Part shown: piece after piece, positions 1 through 10,217 of the stretch
Position numbering within the stretch: position 1 is the stretch's first letter
How the letters are laid out: every line of letters begins with the position of its first letter
Made by a program: the position numbers and the translations under genes
DNA from: a virus
Taxonomy: Duplodnaviria; Caudoviricetes
Strand: one strand, 5' to 3'
IMG/VR virus record: IMGVR_UViG_3300024249_000006
Location: 2,880-66,879 of that record
Length of the DNA stretch: 64,000 nt
Notes under the pieces: model-generated
What the model was told of the DNA's origin: nothing
What the model saw: the letters and a program-made list of their open reading frames with translations, nothing else
The model's database searches: none

Positions 1-1149
1 CTATCCAGCTTCGTTCCGCTGTCATCGGACGATCGAACATTAGACGGTCTCAACCCGCATTGCGTCGTGGTCGACGAGCTGCACCGTCACAAAAGCCGCG
101 CCGTGCTCGACGTGCTCGACACCGCGCAGGGTTCGCGTCGCCAGCCGCTGCTGTGGATCATAACGACCGCCGGGGACGACAATCCGGAGAGCGTCTACGC
201 GGCGGAGCATGACTACGCGATCAAGGTGCTCGAGGCCCTGGTCCTCGACGACAGCTACTTCGCCTACATCGCGACGCTCGATCGAGACGATGCCTGGGAC
301 GATCCGAAGAACTGGATCAAGGCCAATCCCAACCTGCACGTCAGCGTCAAAATGGACGACCTGAGGCGCCAGGCGCTGAAGGCAAGCCGATCGCCGCCCG
401 CGTTGGTCGCATTCAAGCGGCTGCGTTTGAACATGCGCACGTCGGACAGCTCGCGCGCGATCGACATGGAGGTGTGGCGCAAGAACAGCCAGGGACCGTT
501 CGACCCTGCAGAGCTGATGGCACGGGTGTTCTTCGGCGCACTCGATCTGTCGTCCCGCATCGATCTGAGCGCCTGGGTGAAGCTGTATCCGCCGATCGAG
601 GAGGAGACACGTTGGAAGATCGTGCCGCGGTTCTGGATGCCGAGCGACACCATCGAGGCAAAGAGCGACCGTGATCAGGTGCAGTATCAGCGCTGGATCG
701 AGAACGGGCTGATCGAGGTCACCCCAGGCAATGTCATCGACCACAATGAGATCCAGGCTGCCGTGCTGGAAGACTGCCGTCTCAATGAGCCACGCAGCAT
801 CGCCTACGATCCATGGAATGCCACGCAGCTCGCCGTCGCGCTCGAGGGCGAAGGCCTGCCCATGTACGAGTTCATCCAGGGTATTCGCAGCTACACAGCA
901 CCAACGAAGATGCTGGAAGCAATGCTGCTGTCCGAGCAACTAGATCACGGCGACAATGAAGTATTGGCCTGGATGGCCTCTAATCTTCATGTGCAAAGCG
1001 ATAAAAATGAGAACAAGATGCCGACCAAGAAGCACAGCACTGGTCGCATCGATGGCATGTCCGCCCTGATCATGTGCATCGGCCGTTCGATGGCCGAGGA
1101 CGACACCGCCGGTTGGGACGGTTTCCTCGGCCGTCCGATCACCGCCTGA
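1..1149 (+). CDS. terL: Terminase large subunit, 5'-truncated by the window edge
   Basis: Frame open from base 1; Walker B VVVDELH, IITTAG motif, C-terminal nuclease with LDLSSRIDL, AYDPWNA and RIDGMSALIMC (Terminase_1-like). Confidence 0.95.
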   Translation, partial: LSSFVPLSSDDRTLDGLNPHCVVVDELHRHKSRAVLDVLDTAQGSRRQPLLWIITTAGDDNPESVYAAEHDYAIKVLEALVLDDSYFAYIATLDRDDAWDDPKNWIKANPNLHVSVKMDDLRRQALKASRSPPALVAFKRLRLNMRTSDSSRAIDMEVWRKNSQGPFDPAELMARVFFGALDLSSRIDLSAWVKLYPPIEEETRWKIVPRFWMPSDTIEAKSDRDQVQYQRWIENGLIEVTPGNVIDHNEIQAAVLEDCRLNEPRSIAYDPWNATQLAVALEGEGLPMYEFIQGIRSYTAPTKMLEAMLLSEQLDHGDNEVLAWMASNLHVQSDKNENKMPTKKHSTGRIDGMSALIMCIGRSMAEDDTAGWDGFLGRPITA

Positions 1150-1155
1150 GAAGGG

Positions 1156-1407
1156 ATGGATATCATGGCGTATAGCCATCCGAATTGCACCCGAGACCCT
1201 GCCGAGTGTCGGATCACCGTGCTCAGTTCGACCGTGACCGCCATCGACTGGGCGCCGGTTTACGATGGCCATGGCGTGATGAGGAACAGCGATCCGAACA
1301 CGTCGACCACCGTGAAGAGCTGCAGCACCTGCAGCGCTGAATGGTCCGAGGTGCAGAGCGCGGGCGAGCTGATCTATGCGACCACGAAAGACCCGGTGCA
1401 GCCATGA
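1156..1407 (+). CDS. Small Cys-containing hypothetical protein
   Basis: Fills the gap after terL; stop overlaps next start (ATGA); CSTC motif. Confidence 0.6.
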   Translation: MDIMAYSHPNCTRDPAECRITVLSSTVTAIDWAPVYDGHGVMRNSDPNTSTTVKSCSTCSAEWSEVQSAGELIYATTKDPVQP

Positions 1408-1796
1408 CGCCGGGCTCGATGCCGATCTCGATCTACCGCGGCGATTCTTATCGCTGGCAGTTCACGCTCTGGCAGGATCCCGGCAAGACGACGCCGGCGG
1501 ATCTGACCGGGGTCACGGCCAAGGCTGAGATCCGTAGCGCACCGGGCGGTACGCTCATCACCTCGATGGATCTGACGGTCGTGATGCCCAACATCATCCA
1601 GGCGGTGCTGCCGGCCACCAAGACGTCGACGCTGGCGACCTCTGGCGGGGTGTGGGATCTGCAGCTCACCTACACCAACGGCGATGTGCAGACCGTCCTG
1701 CTGGGCGGCGTGACCGTCACCATGGACGTGACCGGCTCGGCCGCCCTGGCCGCCGCGGCCGCCGAGGCGAAGCGCCTGCCAGGGCGTCCTGTATGA
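1404..1796 (+). CDS. BppU-like/tail-associated beta-sandwich protein
   Basis: IYRGDSYRWQFTL, DLTGVTAKAEIR and VWDLQLT..GDVQTVLLGGVTV pattern of BppU N-terminal-like domains; ATG at 1404 overlaps upstream stop. Confidence 0.65.
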   Translation: MTPGSMPISIYRGDSYRWQFTLWQDPGKTTPADLTGVTAKAEIRSAPGGTLITSMDLTVVMPNIIQAVLPATKTSTLATSGGVWDLQLTYTNGDVQTVLLGGVTVTMDVTGSAALAAAAAEAKRLPGRPV

Positions 1797-2287
1797 GCGG
1801 CAGCACGGTCGTCATCGTCGATGTCGCTCCGCAGCAGCCGCCGCTCTCGGTCGTCGAGGTTGAGATCGATGACGCCGCGATCGACGTAACACTGCCGCCG
1901 CCGCCACTCGTTTCGGTCGAGTTACCGCCGCCGCAGCCGCCGCTCAGTGTCGATGTGGTGGCGCCGGTTCCGCCCGTCGTCACGGTCGATGCGTCACTGC
2001 CGCCGCCGCCGAATGTCGATGTGACGCTGCCGGATCCGGTGACCGTCGATGTCGATGCGACGCCGCAGCCGCCCGTGCAGGTCGATGTCCTGGCCGCATG
2101 GCAAGGCGGCATCCCGGATGCGCCGATCGACGGCACGCTCTACGGGCGACTGAATCAACACTGGGTCGGTGTACCTGGTGGCGAGGATCTGGTGACCAGC
2201 GTCGCGCGCAAGATTGGTGACGTATTGCTCTACACCGACGACCTCGAGGACTGGGACAGCAAGGTGCTGGATGGGGGCAACTTTTAG
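1793..2287 (+). CDS. Pro/Val-rich low-complexity tail-fibre-associated protein
   Basis: Repeated V-x-V-x-x-PPPP units, then IPDAPIDGTLYGR fibre motif and LDGGNF C-terminus; coupled to both neighbours. Confidence 0.65.
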   Translation: MSGSTVVIVDVAPQQPPLSVVEVEIDDAAIDVTLPPPPLVSVELPPPQPPLSVDVVAPVPPVVTVDASLPPPPNVDVTLPDPVTVDVDATPQPPVQVDVLAAWQGGIPDAPIDGTLYGRLNQHWVGVPGGEDLVTSVARKIGDVLLYTDDLEDWDSKVLDGGNF

Positions 2288-4039
2288 ATGACCGACATCC
2301 TCCGCATCAAGCGCCGCACCTCCGGAGCTACTGGCGCCCCTGGCTCGCTGGCGAATGCCGAGCTGGCCTACAACGAAGTCGACGACGTTCTCTACTACGG
2401 CAAGGGCACCGGCGGCGCTGGTGGCACCGCAACCGTCGTTATCCCGATCGGCGGCCCCGGCATGGGGTCGAACGCCAACCCGGTTATGAACGGTGTCGCT
2501 GCGCCTGGCGCCTTGGCCAGCTGGGCGCGCGGCGATCACGTCCATCCCAGCGATACGTCTCGTGCACCACTCGCCTCGCCGACCTTCACTGGCATACCGG
2601 CCGCACCAACAGCAGCGCCCGGCACCAACACCACACAGCTCGCGACCACAGCTTACGTGCAGGCCGCTACAGCAGCCGCCGGTGTGCAGAGCTTCAACAC
2701 CCGCACCGGCACCGTCACGCTGCTGCTGACGGACGTGACCGGTGTCGGTGGAGCGCCCCTCGCCAATCCGGTGTTCACCGGCGATCCACAAGCGCCGACG
2801 CCTGCCACGGCCGACAACGACACCAGCGTTGCCACCACAGCCTTCGTGAAGGCGCAGGGCTACGCCACCGTGGCGAGCGTGCCGGTGGCGTCCTCGACCA
2901 ACCCGCTGATGAACGGTGTGGTGGCGATCGGCGTCGGCACCACCTGGGCGCGCGCAGATCATGTGCATCCGGTCGACACGAGCCGTGCACCGCTGGCCTC
3001 GCCAGTCTTCACCGGCAATCCGACCGGGCCGACGCCGGCGACCGGCGATAACAGCGTCTCGCTGGCCACCACAGCCTTCGTCAAAGTGCAGGGCTATGCG
3101 CCGCTCGCCTCGCCGGTCTTCACCGGCAATCCGACTGGGCCGTCGCCTGCCAACACCGACAACAGCGTCTCGCTGGCCACCACGGCGTATGTGCGCGGGC
3201 TGCGCCAGGATCAGTTCCTGGCGCCGACGTCGGATGTTGCCTGGGGCAGCCGCAAGATCACCGCGCTCCTGGATCCCACGAACCCGCAAGACGCGGCCAC
3301 GAAGAACTATGTCGACGGCGCCATCCAAGGCATCGCGCCGAAGGACAGTGTGCGCGTTGCGACGACTGCCAACCTCGCGGCGCTCTCGGGTGCGCTGACG
3401 ATCGACGGCGTGCTGACGGTGGTCGGCGACCGTGTGCTGGTGAAGGACCAGACGGCGCAGGCGAACAACGGTATCTATGTGGTGGCGGCCGGCGCGTGGG
3501 CTCGCTCTGCTGACACCAACACATGGGCCGAGCTGGTCAGCGCCTTCACCTTCGTCTCCGAGGGCGCGACCAACTCGAACAACGGCTACACCTGCACGGT
3601 CAATGCTGGCGGCACGCTCGGCACCACGGCCGTGACCTGGGTGCAGTTCTCCGGTGCCGGTCAGATCAACGCCGGCAACGGCATGACGAAGACCGGCAAC
3701 ACGCTCGATGTCGGCGGCACCACCGCTCGCATCACCGTGCTGGCCGATAGCATCGACATCGATGCAGCCTATGTCGGTCAGACGTCGATCACCACGCTCG
3801 GCGTCATCGCGATCGGCACATGGAATGGCACGACGATCGCGGTCAATCGCGGTGGCACTGGCGCGACCACGCTGACCGGCTACCTCAAAGGCGCTGGCAC
3901 GTCAGCGTTCACCGGCGTGGCGACCATACCGAACACCGACATCACCGGCCTGGGCACGATGTCGACGCAAGCGGCGACCGCGGTTGCCATCACCGGCGGG
4001 AGTATCGACGGCATCACGTTCGATATGGGCAGTTTCTGA
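2288..4039 (+). CDS. Tail fibre protein 1
   Basis: LRIKRR..GAPGSLANAELAYN N-terminus; repeated ARGDHVHP/ARADHVHP, ATTAFVK and DAATKNYVD fibre motifs. Confidence 0.85.
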   Translation: MTDILRIKRRTSGATGAPGSLANAELAYNEVDDVLYYGKGTGGAGGTATVVIPIGGPGMGSNANPVMNGVAAPGALASWARGDHVHPSDTSRAPLASPTFTGIPAAPTAAPGTNTTQLATTAYVQAATAAAGVQSFNTRTGTVTLLLTDVTGVGGAPLANPVFTGDPQAPTPATADNDTSVATTAFVKAQGYATVASVPVASSTNPLMNGVVAIGVGTTWARADHVHPVDTSRAPLASPVFTGNPTGPTPATGDNSVSLATTAFVKVQGYAPLASPVFTGNPTGPSPANTDNSVSLATTAYVRGLRQDQFLAPTSDVAWGSRKITALLDPTNPQDAATKNYVDGAIQGIAPKDSVRVATTANLAALSGALTIDGVLTVVGDRVLVKDQTAQANNGIYVVAAGAWARSADTNTWAELVSAFTFVSEGATNSNNGYTCTVNAGGTLGTTAVTWVQFSGAGQINAGNGMTKTGNTLDVGGTTARITVLADSIDIDAAYVGQTSITTLGVIAIGTWNGTTIAVNRGGTGATTLTGYLKGAGTSAFTGVATIPNTDITGLGTMSTQAATAVAITGGSIDGITFDMGSF

Positions 4040-4043
4040 CCTA

Positions 4044-7000
4044 ATGGCCGACGTTCTAAGGATCAAACGGCGCGCAGCTGCAGGAGCTGCGGGCCCACCA
4101 TCATCGCTTGCCGCTTCGGAGCTGGCCTACAACGAGCGGACCGACATCCTCTACTACGGCAGCGGAAACAGCGTCGGGCTCGCGACCACCATCATCCCGA
4201 TCGCCGGGCCCGGGGCCTTCCTGGGGCTTGGTGGCGGCTCGCTGATCGGCGGCATCGACTTCGGTTCCGCCCTTGCGAGTTCGGTCACCGACCTCTCGCG
4301 GCACATCGCGCTGTACGGCGCGGCCTACGGTTTCAACGTCACCTCGAGCCGGTTGAACGTCGTCTCAGGCGCGAGCATTTTTTTCGTTTCTGGTGGCGCC
4401 GACAAGGTCACCATCAACTCGCTCGGTCTCACCATGCAGAGTGGGACGGCGCTGACGCTGGCGCAGGATCCCACGGGAGCCATGCAGGCCGCCACCAAGC
4501 AGTACGTCGACAACAGCCCGCCAGGAGAGGCACCGAACAACGCCAACGCATACGGCCGCAAAGCGCTGGCCTGGACGCCGGTGACCGACTACACGCGCGT
4601 TGCCACCGACAGCGCGTTCGATCTCAACTCGATCAGCGGCACCGGGGCCGGGCCGTACACCGGCTACCAGGGCGTCTACAGCATCGTCAACCAGACCGCG
4701 GGGCTGAATTTCCCACCCGGCGTCACGACGGCCGCGGTGCTCAACCTGTGGAGCAGCAACCAGGGCTGGACCAATCAGCTCTCGTTTTCCCAGCAAGGCC
4801 TGTTCCACCGATCGATGTCGGGGCAGGGGACGTTCCGAGCCTGGGAAAAGGTCGTCACCGACACTGGCGGCAACTTTACGTTCACCGGGGTCATAAGCGG
4901 CCCAACGCCAGCCCCCGGCACCAACACGACGCAGTTCGCAACCTGCGCTTTCGTGGCGGCGGCTACAGCAGCGTCGGGCGTGCAGACTTTCAACACCAGA
5001 TCCGGCGCTGTCGTGCTCACCAATGCCGACGTGACGGGCGTCCTGCTGCCATCGTCGACCAATCCGCTGATGAACGGGACGGTCGCGATCGGCACATCGG
5101 GCACCTGGGCGCGCGCAGATCACGTCCATCCGGTCGACACCAGCCGTGCACCGCTGGCCTCGCCCACGTTCACTGGTGTACCGGCCGCGCCAACAGCAGC
5201 CCCTGGCACCAGCACAACACAGCTCGCAACCTGTGCCTTCGTCGCCGCTTCTGCTGCAGCTGGCGTCGTCTCGTTCAATGGCAGGACCGGCACAGTCACG
5301 CTGACATCCACCGACGTGTCCGGTGCGTCGGGCCTGCTGACCTCCGGTGGCATCGTGAGCGGCCCGCTCACCCTCGGCACTAACACCGTCTCGCAGCCAC
5401 TGACTCTGAACGGTCCCACAAACAGCGCGCTTCGCGACATCTACTGGCAGACAGCGGGTGTCGCGCGCTGGCGGCTGCACCCCAATTCGACCGCGGAAAG
5501 CGGCGCGAACGTCGGATGCGACCTCGATCTGCTCGCCTACGATGACAGCGGCGCGGCCATCGGGACTTTCGTAGCGCGGTTCAACCGCAGCACCGGCCTT
5601 GTCACGATAGGCAACGGTGGTCTCAGCTTCGGTTCCATCGTTGCGCCGGGCGGCACCACCGACCTCTCGCAACACATTGCGCTGTTCGGCACGACGTACG
5701 GCATCAGTGTCACGTCGTCGCGGCTGAACATCGTCTCAGGCGGCGGCATTTGGTTCAATTCGGTTGGTGTCGACAAGGTCGTCATCAACTCTACTGGCCT
5801 CACCATGCAGAGCGGGACCACGCTGACGCTGGCGCAGGATCCCACGGGAGCCATGCAGGCCGCCACCAAGCAGTACGTCGATGCCGGTGTCACTTCGTTC
5901 AACACCCGCACCGGCGCCGTCACGCTGACGGCCGCGGACATGACGGCAGCGACGGCCCTCGGTGCTCTGACGATCGGCAGCAACACGGCCTCGCAGTTCC
6001 TGTATCTGAACGGACCGGCTGCATCGTTCCGCAATATCCGCTGGCAGACGGCGGGCGTGGCGCGCTGGCAACTGTCCGCCAATGGCACCGCCGAAGCCGG
6101 CAGCAATGCCGGAACCGACCTCGATCTGATCAACTACGACGACAGCGGCACGATCCTGCTGAACCCGGTGGCGCGGTTCACGCGCAGCACCGGCATACTG
6201 ACGTTGAACGGCGGCCTCCTGCTCGGGGCAGCCGCTAATATCAGCTTCGGCAGCACGCTGGCGTCGAGCACCACCGATCTGTCGAAGCACATCGCCCTCT
6301 GGGGCACCACCATCGGGTTCAGCGTCACCAGCGGGCGCATGAACATCGTTGGCGGGACTGTGGTTTTCGTCTCCGGCGGGACTGACGTCGCCACCATCAC
6401 CACGACCGGCATCACCGCCAACACGCCGACAGCGACGGCCGGCACCGAGACCACCGCCCTCGCTAACACGCTGTTCGTCGCGCGGCTTGCGGCCGCTTTC
6501 GCGGGGACGGCCATCACCGATGCCGACCAGACATTGACCGCGGCCCAGGTGGGCAACGCCAGGATCGTTAACATCAGCGGGACGCTGACCGCCGATCGCA
6601 CTCTCACGATGCCACTGACAGGGACGCAGAGAAACTGGATCATCCGCAACGGCACGACCGGCGGTTTCAACATCATCGTCACGGCCGGCGGCGCCACGAC
6701 GTTCTCGATCCCGCCGGCCTATGAGATCGAATTCTGGACCAACGGCGTCAACCTGTTCCCGACGCATGTCCTGTTCGGGGGTTTGCCAACTCGCTTCGGT
6801 GACGCCACCCGCAACGCACTGCTCATCAACCCAGGCTTGGCGTCCGCCGCATGCACCCTCAACGTCAGCGGCACCGGGCCGCTGCAGTTCCTGGTCGGCC
6901 CGACCGCACCAACGGCAGCGCCTGGGACCAACACCACGCAGCTCGCAACCTGCGCTTTCGCAACCGCCGCCGACACCGCTTTGCTGGTCTCGCCGGCGCT

Positions 7001-7739
7001 CACCGGCACGCCGACAGCACCGACTGCTGCGACCGCGACCAACACGACGCAACTTGCCACGACCGCGTTCGTGAAAGCACAGGGCTACGCACCGCTCAAC
7101 GCGCCAGTCTTCACTGGGGCTGTTCAAGTCACCGGCGCAGGAAGCCAGCTATCGATCATCGGGAACACCAGCTCATCGCTCTTTATGTCGAAGTCTGCGA
7201 GCGGCCAGAGCAACGTCATCAGCGGCTATACCGGCGCCACCACCCAGCGATGGGCGATCAACCTGGGGGACAATACGACTGAAAGCGGCAGCAACGCCGG
7301 GTCGGACTTCTCCATCGCCCGCTACACCGACGCCGGCGTCTTGAACGGCGTGCCGTTCCTCATCAATCGCGCCACTGGCAACACCACGGTCACCGGCAAC
7401 TTCCTCGCGACGGGCACGGTCAGCGGCAACGGCGCCTACATCAACACCTCCGATCGGCGTCTCAAAGTGGACATCGCCGACACCGACCGCGGGCTGCTCG
7501 AGATCATGCAGCTGCGGCCCGTTAGTTTCAGACGTAAGCGCATGACAGACGGTCCCCTCGAGCTCGGTTTCATCGCGCAGGAATTGCGAGACGTGATCCC
7601 TGAGGCTGTGGGGCCCACTGACGACCTCGAGGATCCAACCCTCGGCATCATGCTCGATCCGATTGTCGCGGCCCTGGTGAACGGCATGAAAGCGCTGGCC
7701 GCGCGCGTGCAACACCTTGAAGGAAGGACACTCCACTGA
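4044..7739 (+). CDS. Tail fibre protein 2 with C-terminal Peptidase S74-type intramolecular chaperone
   Basis: N-terminus paralogous to 2288 (MADVLRIKRR); internal repeats; C-terminal TSDRRLKVDI..LRPVSF..LGFIAQEL..PEAV. Confidence 0.88.
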   Translation: MADVLRIKRRAAAGAAGPPSSLAASELAYNERTDILYYGSGNSVGLATTIIPIAGPGAFLGLGGGSLIGGIDFGSALASSVTDLSRHIALYGAAYGFNVTSSRLNVVSGASIFFVSGGADKVTINSLGLTMQSGTALTLAQDPTGAMQAATKQYVDNSPPGEAPNNANAYGRKALAWTPVTDYTRVATDSAFDLNSISGTGAGPYTGYQGVYSIVNQTAGLNFPPGVTTAAVLNLWSSNQGWTNQLSFSQQGLFHRSMSGQGTFRAWEKVVTDTGGNFTFTGVISGPTPAPGTNTTQFATCAFVAAATAASGVQTFNTRSGAVVLTNADVTGVLLPSSTNPLMNGTVAIGTSGTWARADHVHPVDTSRAPLASPTFTGVPAAPTAAPGTSTTQLATCAFVAASAAAGVVSFNGRTGTVTLTSTDVSGASGLLTSGGIVSGPLTLGTNTVSQPLTLNGPTNSALRDIYWQTAGVARWRLHPNSTAESGANVGCDLDLLAYDDSGAAIGTFVARFNRSTGLVTIGNGGLSFGSIVAPGGTTDLSQHIALFGTTYGISVTSSRLNIVSGGGIWFNSVGVDKVVINSTGLTMQSGTTLTLAQDPTGAMQAATKQYVDAGVTSFNTRTGAVTLTAADMTAATALGALTIGSNTASQFLYLNGPAASFRNIRWQTAGVARWQLSANGTAEAGSNAGTDLDLINYDDSGTILLNPVARFTRSTGILTLNGGLLLGAAANISFGSTLASSTTDLSKHIALWGTTIGFSVTSGRMNIVGGTVVFVSGGTDVATITTTGITANTPTATAGTETTALANTLFVARLAAAFAGTAITDADQTLTAAQVGNARIVNISGTLTADRTLTMPLTGTQRNWIIRNGTTGGFNIIVTAGGATTFSIPPAYEIEFWTNGVNLFPTHVLFGGLPTRFGDATRNALLINPGLASAACTLNVSGTGPLQFLVGPTAPTAAPGTNTTQLATCAFATAADTALLVSPALTGTPTAPTAATATNTTQLATTAFVKAQGYAPLNAPVFTGAVQVTGAGSQLSIIGNTSSSLFMSKSASGQSNVISGYTGATTQRWAINLGDNTTESGSNAGSDFSIARYTDAGVLNGVPFLINRATGNTTVTGNFLATGTVSGNGAYINTSDRRLKVDIADTDRGLLEIMQLRPVSFRRKRMTDGPLELGFIAQELRDVIPEAVGPTDDLEDPTLGIMLDPIVAALVNGMKALAARVQHLEGRTLH

Positions 7740-7948
7740 TGACGCAGCAAACACAGCAGCCGCAGGACACCCAGATGCTGCCGGCGATGGTGACACTGAC
7801 GGTTGCTGACTGGGGTCGGGCGATCCAGCTCATCGGCGTCAACCCATGGAACGACGTCAACACGCTCATCGTGAACATCCACCGTCAGGTCAACGATGCC
7901 GTGGGAGCGCAGACCAGTCGCGAACCGGAGCGTGCCACGTCCGACTGA
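7739..7948 (+). CDS. Small fibre-associated (chaperone-like) protein
   Basis: Coupled to the fibre gene stop; 69 aa. Confidence 0.55.
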   Translation: MTQQTQQPQDTQMLPAMVTLTVADWGRAIQLIGVNPWNDVNTLIVNIHRQVNDAVGAQTSREPERATSD

Positions 7949-8017
7949 TCGTCTGAGGTCTTAACGGCGGCCTGACCCGGCGCGGGCCAACACACGCAGG
8001 GTCGGGAGGCGCTCACA

Positions 8018-9301
8018 GTGGGCATGATCCGCAACGCGGTCTCGACCATAGCGCGCTCGCTTGGTCTGACCGACACACGATTGATCTCATGGCTGGGCGG
8101 CGGACCGACGTGGTCAGGCGAGATTGTGTCGCCCCGCACCGCGCTGGCGATCGGCACAGTCTATGCCTGCGCACGGCTGATTTCGCAGACCATCGCGACG
8201 CTGCCGTGCCAGCTCTACAAGAACGATGACGCCGGCCGCGGCACCCTCGCACGCGACCATCCGCTCTATCTGCTGCTGCACGACCAGCCCAACGCGGACA
8301 TGACCGCGGTGACGTTCTGGGAGTGCGTCGTTGTCCACATCCTGCTGTGGGGCAACGCCTACATTCAGATCGAACGCCTCGGCACTCGCGTCGTTGCGCT
8401 GGCGCCGATGGTGCCAGACCGGTTGACCGCACGTCGCAACTCTGACGGATCGGTCACCTACTTCTACTCGTGGTACGGGAAGGTCACTGAGCTCGACGAA
8501 ACCCAGGTGCTGCACATCAAGGGTTTCACCCTCGATGGCATGACGGGATTGTCAATCGTCGGCCAAGCGCGGGAGACGCTGGGCATCTCGATGGCAGCGG
8601 ACAAGTCGGCCGCATCGTTCTTCAGAAATGGCATGAAGCCATCGATGGTTTTCACGGTCGACAAGTTCCTGCCAGAGCCGCAACGCAAGCGGTTTGAAGA
8701 AGAAACGAGGGATAAACTGGTCGGCGCAATCAACGCCGGCGGCTGGGCGCTGCTCGAGGGCGGCATGAAGGCCGAAGCGATCTCGATGAAGCCCGAGGAC
8801 GCGCAGCTGCTGGCGAGCAGAGCGTTCAGTGTCGAGGAAGTCTGCCGCTGGTTTGGTGTCCAGCCCGTAATGATCGGGCACATGGAAAAATCTACCGCCT
8901 GGGGCACCGGGCTCGAGCAGATGAACCTCTGGTTTCTAACTTACACTCTGCGTCCGCTGCTGAAGGCGATCGAGCAGGCAATTAGAATGTCGCTGCTGAA
9001 CGCCGGTGAGAAGAGCACCTATTACGCCGAGTTCAATGTCGATGCATTGCTGCGCGCCGACAGCGCGGGCCGTGCAGCACTGATGAAGACCATGGCCGAG
9101 AACGGCCTGCGCACGCGTAACGAGCTGCGCGCACTCGACAACGTCGCACCCATGGATGGCGGCGACGACCTCACCGTCCAATCGAACCTCTTGCCGATCC
9201 AGCTGCTCGGCAAGGAAGCGCAGTTCCGCATCCTCAAGCCGCTCGATCCGAACTTCAAACCGAGCGATGCGCAGCCCGGGCAAGAGCCGCCTGCCAGCTA
9301 G
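8018..9301 (+). CDS. HK97-family portal protein
   Basis: ALAIGTVYACARLISQTIATLP, LLWGNAY, EVCRWFGVQP; 427 aa. Confidence 0.95.
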   Translation: MGMIRNAVSTIARSLGLTDTRLISWLGGGPTWSGEIVSPRTALAIGTVYACARLISQTIATLPCQLYKNDDAGRGTLARDHPLYLLLHDQPNADMTAVTFWECVVVHILLWGNAYIQIERLGTRVVALAPMVPDRLTARRNSDGSVTYFYSWYGKVTELDETQVLHIKGFTLDGMTGLSIVGQARETLGISMAADKSAASFFRNGMKPSMVFTVDKFLPEPQRKRFEEETRDKLVGAINAGGWALLEGGMKAEAISMKPEDAQLLASRAFSVEEVCRWFGVQPVMIGHMEKSTAWGTGLEQMNLWFLTYTLRPLLKAIEQAIRMSLLNAGEKSTYYAEFNVDALLRADSAGRAALMKTMAENGLRTRNELRALDNVAPMDGGDDLTVQSNLLPIQLLGKEAQFRILKPLDPNFKPSDAQPGQEPPAS

Positions 9302-9311
9302 GAGATCGATC

Positions 9312-10211
9312 ATGTTGTACGACCGGTTCGCAGCGCCGATGGAGGTGCTGTTCGTTGGCGACGGCCAGCCGGGCGCCTTCGAAGGCTATGGCGCGGTGTT
9401 CAACAACACCGACTTTTACGAGAACGTCATCGCGCCTGGTGCCTTCACCGATACGCTCGCGACGCACGCAAGCGCCGGCACAATGCCAGCGATGTTTGTC
9501 GAGCACTCGGCGTTTGAGCTGTTCGGCGATCCGCTGCCGATCGGTGTCTGGCAGGCGATGTCGGAGGACAGCAAGGGCCTGCACGTTAAAGGCAAGATCA
9601 GCGCGCTCGACACCGACCACAGCAAACGCATCATCGGGCTGATGAAGGACAAGGCCATCACCGGCCTGTCCATCGCCTTCAAGGTGCCCGCGGGTGGCGA
9701 CGTTCGGTCCAACAAGGCGGGCGAACCGAAGCGCCTCATCAACAAGCTGAACCTATACGCGGTCGATCTGGTGCGTGATCCGGCGAATGCCCAGGCGCAG
9801 GTCACGCATCTCAACTCGATCATGCGCAATGTCGACGCGCAGACCGCAACCGACGCTGTCGCGGCCTGCATGAAGCTGCATCAGACGTCGCTCGCCGGTC
9901 AGAACAGTCCGACCAACGATCAGCGCTCTGCCATGTGGGGCCACCTGTCGGATGCGCATCGCGCGCTGACCGGCCAGGACGTGCCGTTGGGCATGACGTT
10001 GGCGAAGCCCACCACGATACGCGAGTTCGAAACGTGGCTCCGGGAGGAGTTTCACTTGTCGCATTCGCAAGCCCGAGCCATCGCCGAGCTTGGGTTCAAA
10101 GCGCCTCGGGATGAGGCCGACCAATTGGCGGCAAGCGAACTGCGGTCGGAGACGCTCAAGCAGCTGTCGACGCTCGCAGCTGATCTCTCCCTCATCTCCA
10201 GCAAAAGGTAG
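9312..10211 (+). CDS. HK97-type prohead protease (Peptidase S78)
   Basis: FEGYGAVFNNTD, FVEH, PIGVW, GLSIAF; ATG at 9312 after GGAG; sits between portal and capsid. Confidence 0.9.
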   Translation: MLYDRFAAPMEVLFVGDGQPGAFEGYGAVFNNTDFYENVIAPGAFTDTLATHASAGTMPAMFVEHSAFELFGDPLPIGVWQAMSEDSKGLHVKGKISALDTDHSKRIIGLMKDKAITGLSIAFKVPAGGDVRSNKAGEPKRLINKLNLYAVDLVRDPANAQAQVTHLNSIMRNVDAQTATDAVAACMKLHQTSLAGQNSPTNDQRSAMWGHLSDAHRALTGQDVPLGMTLAKPTTIREFETWLREEFHLSHSQARAIAELGFKAPRDEADQLAASELRSETLKQLSTLAADLSLISSKR

Positions 10212-10217
10212 GACACC

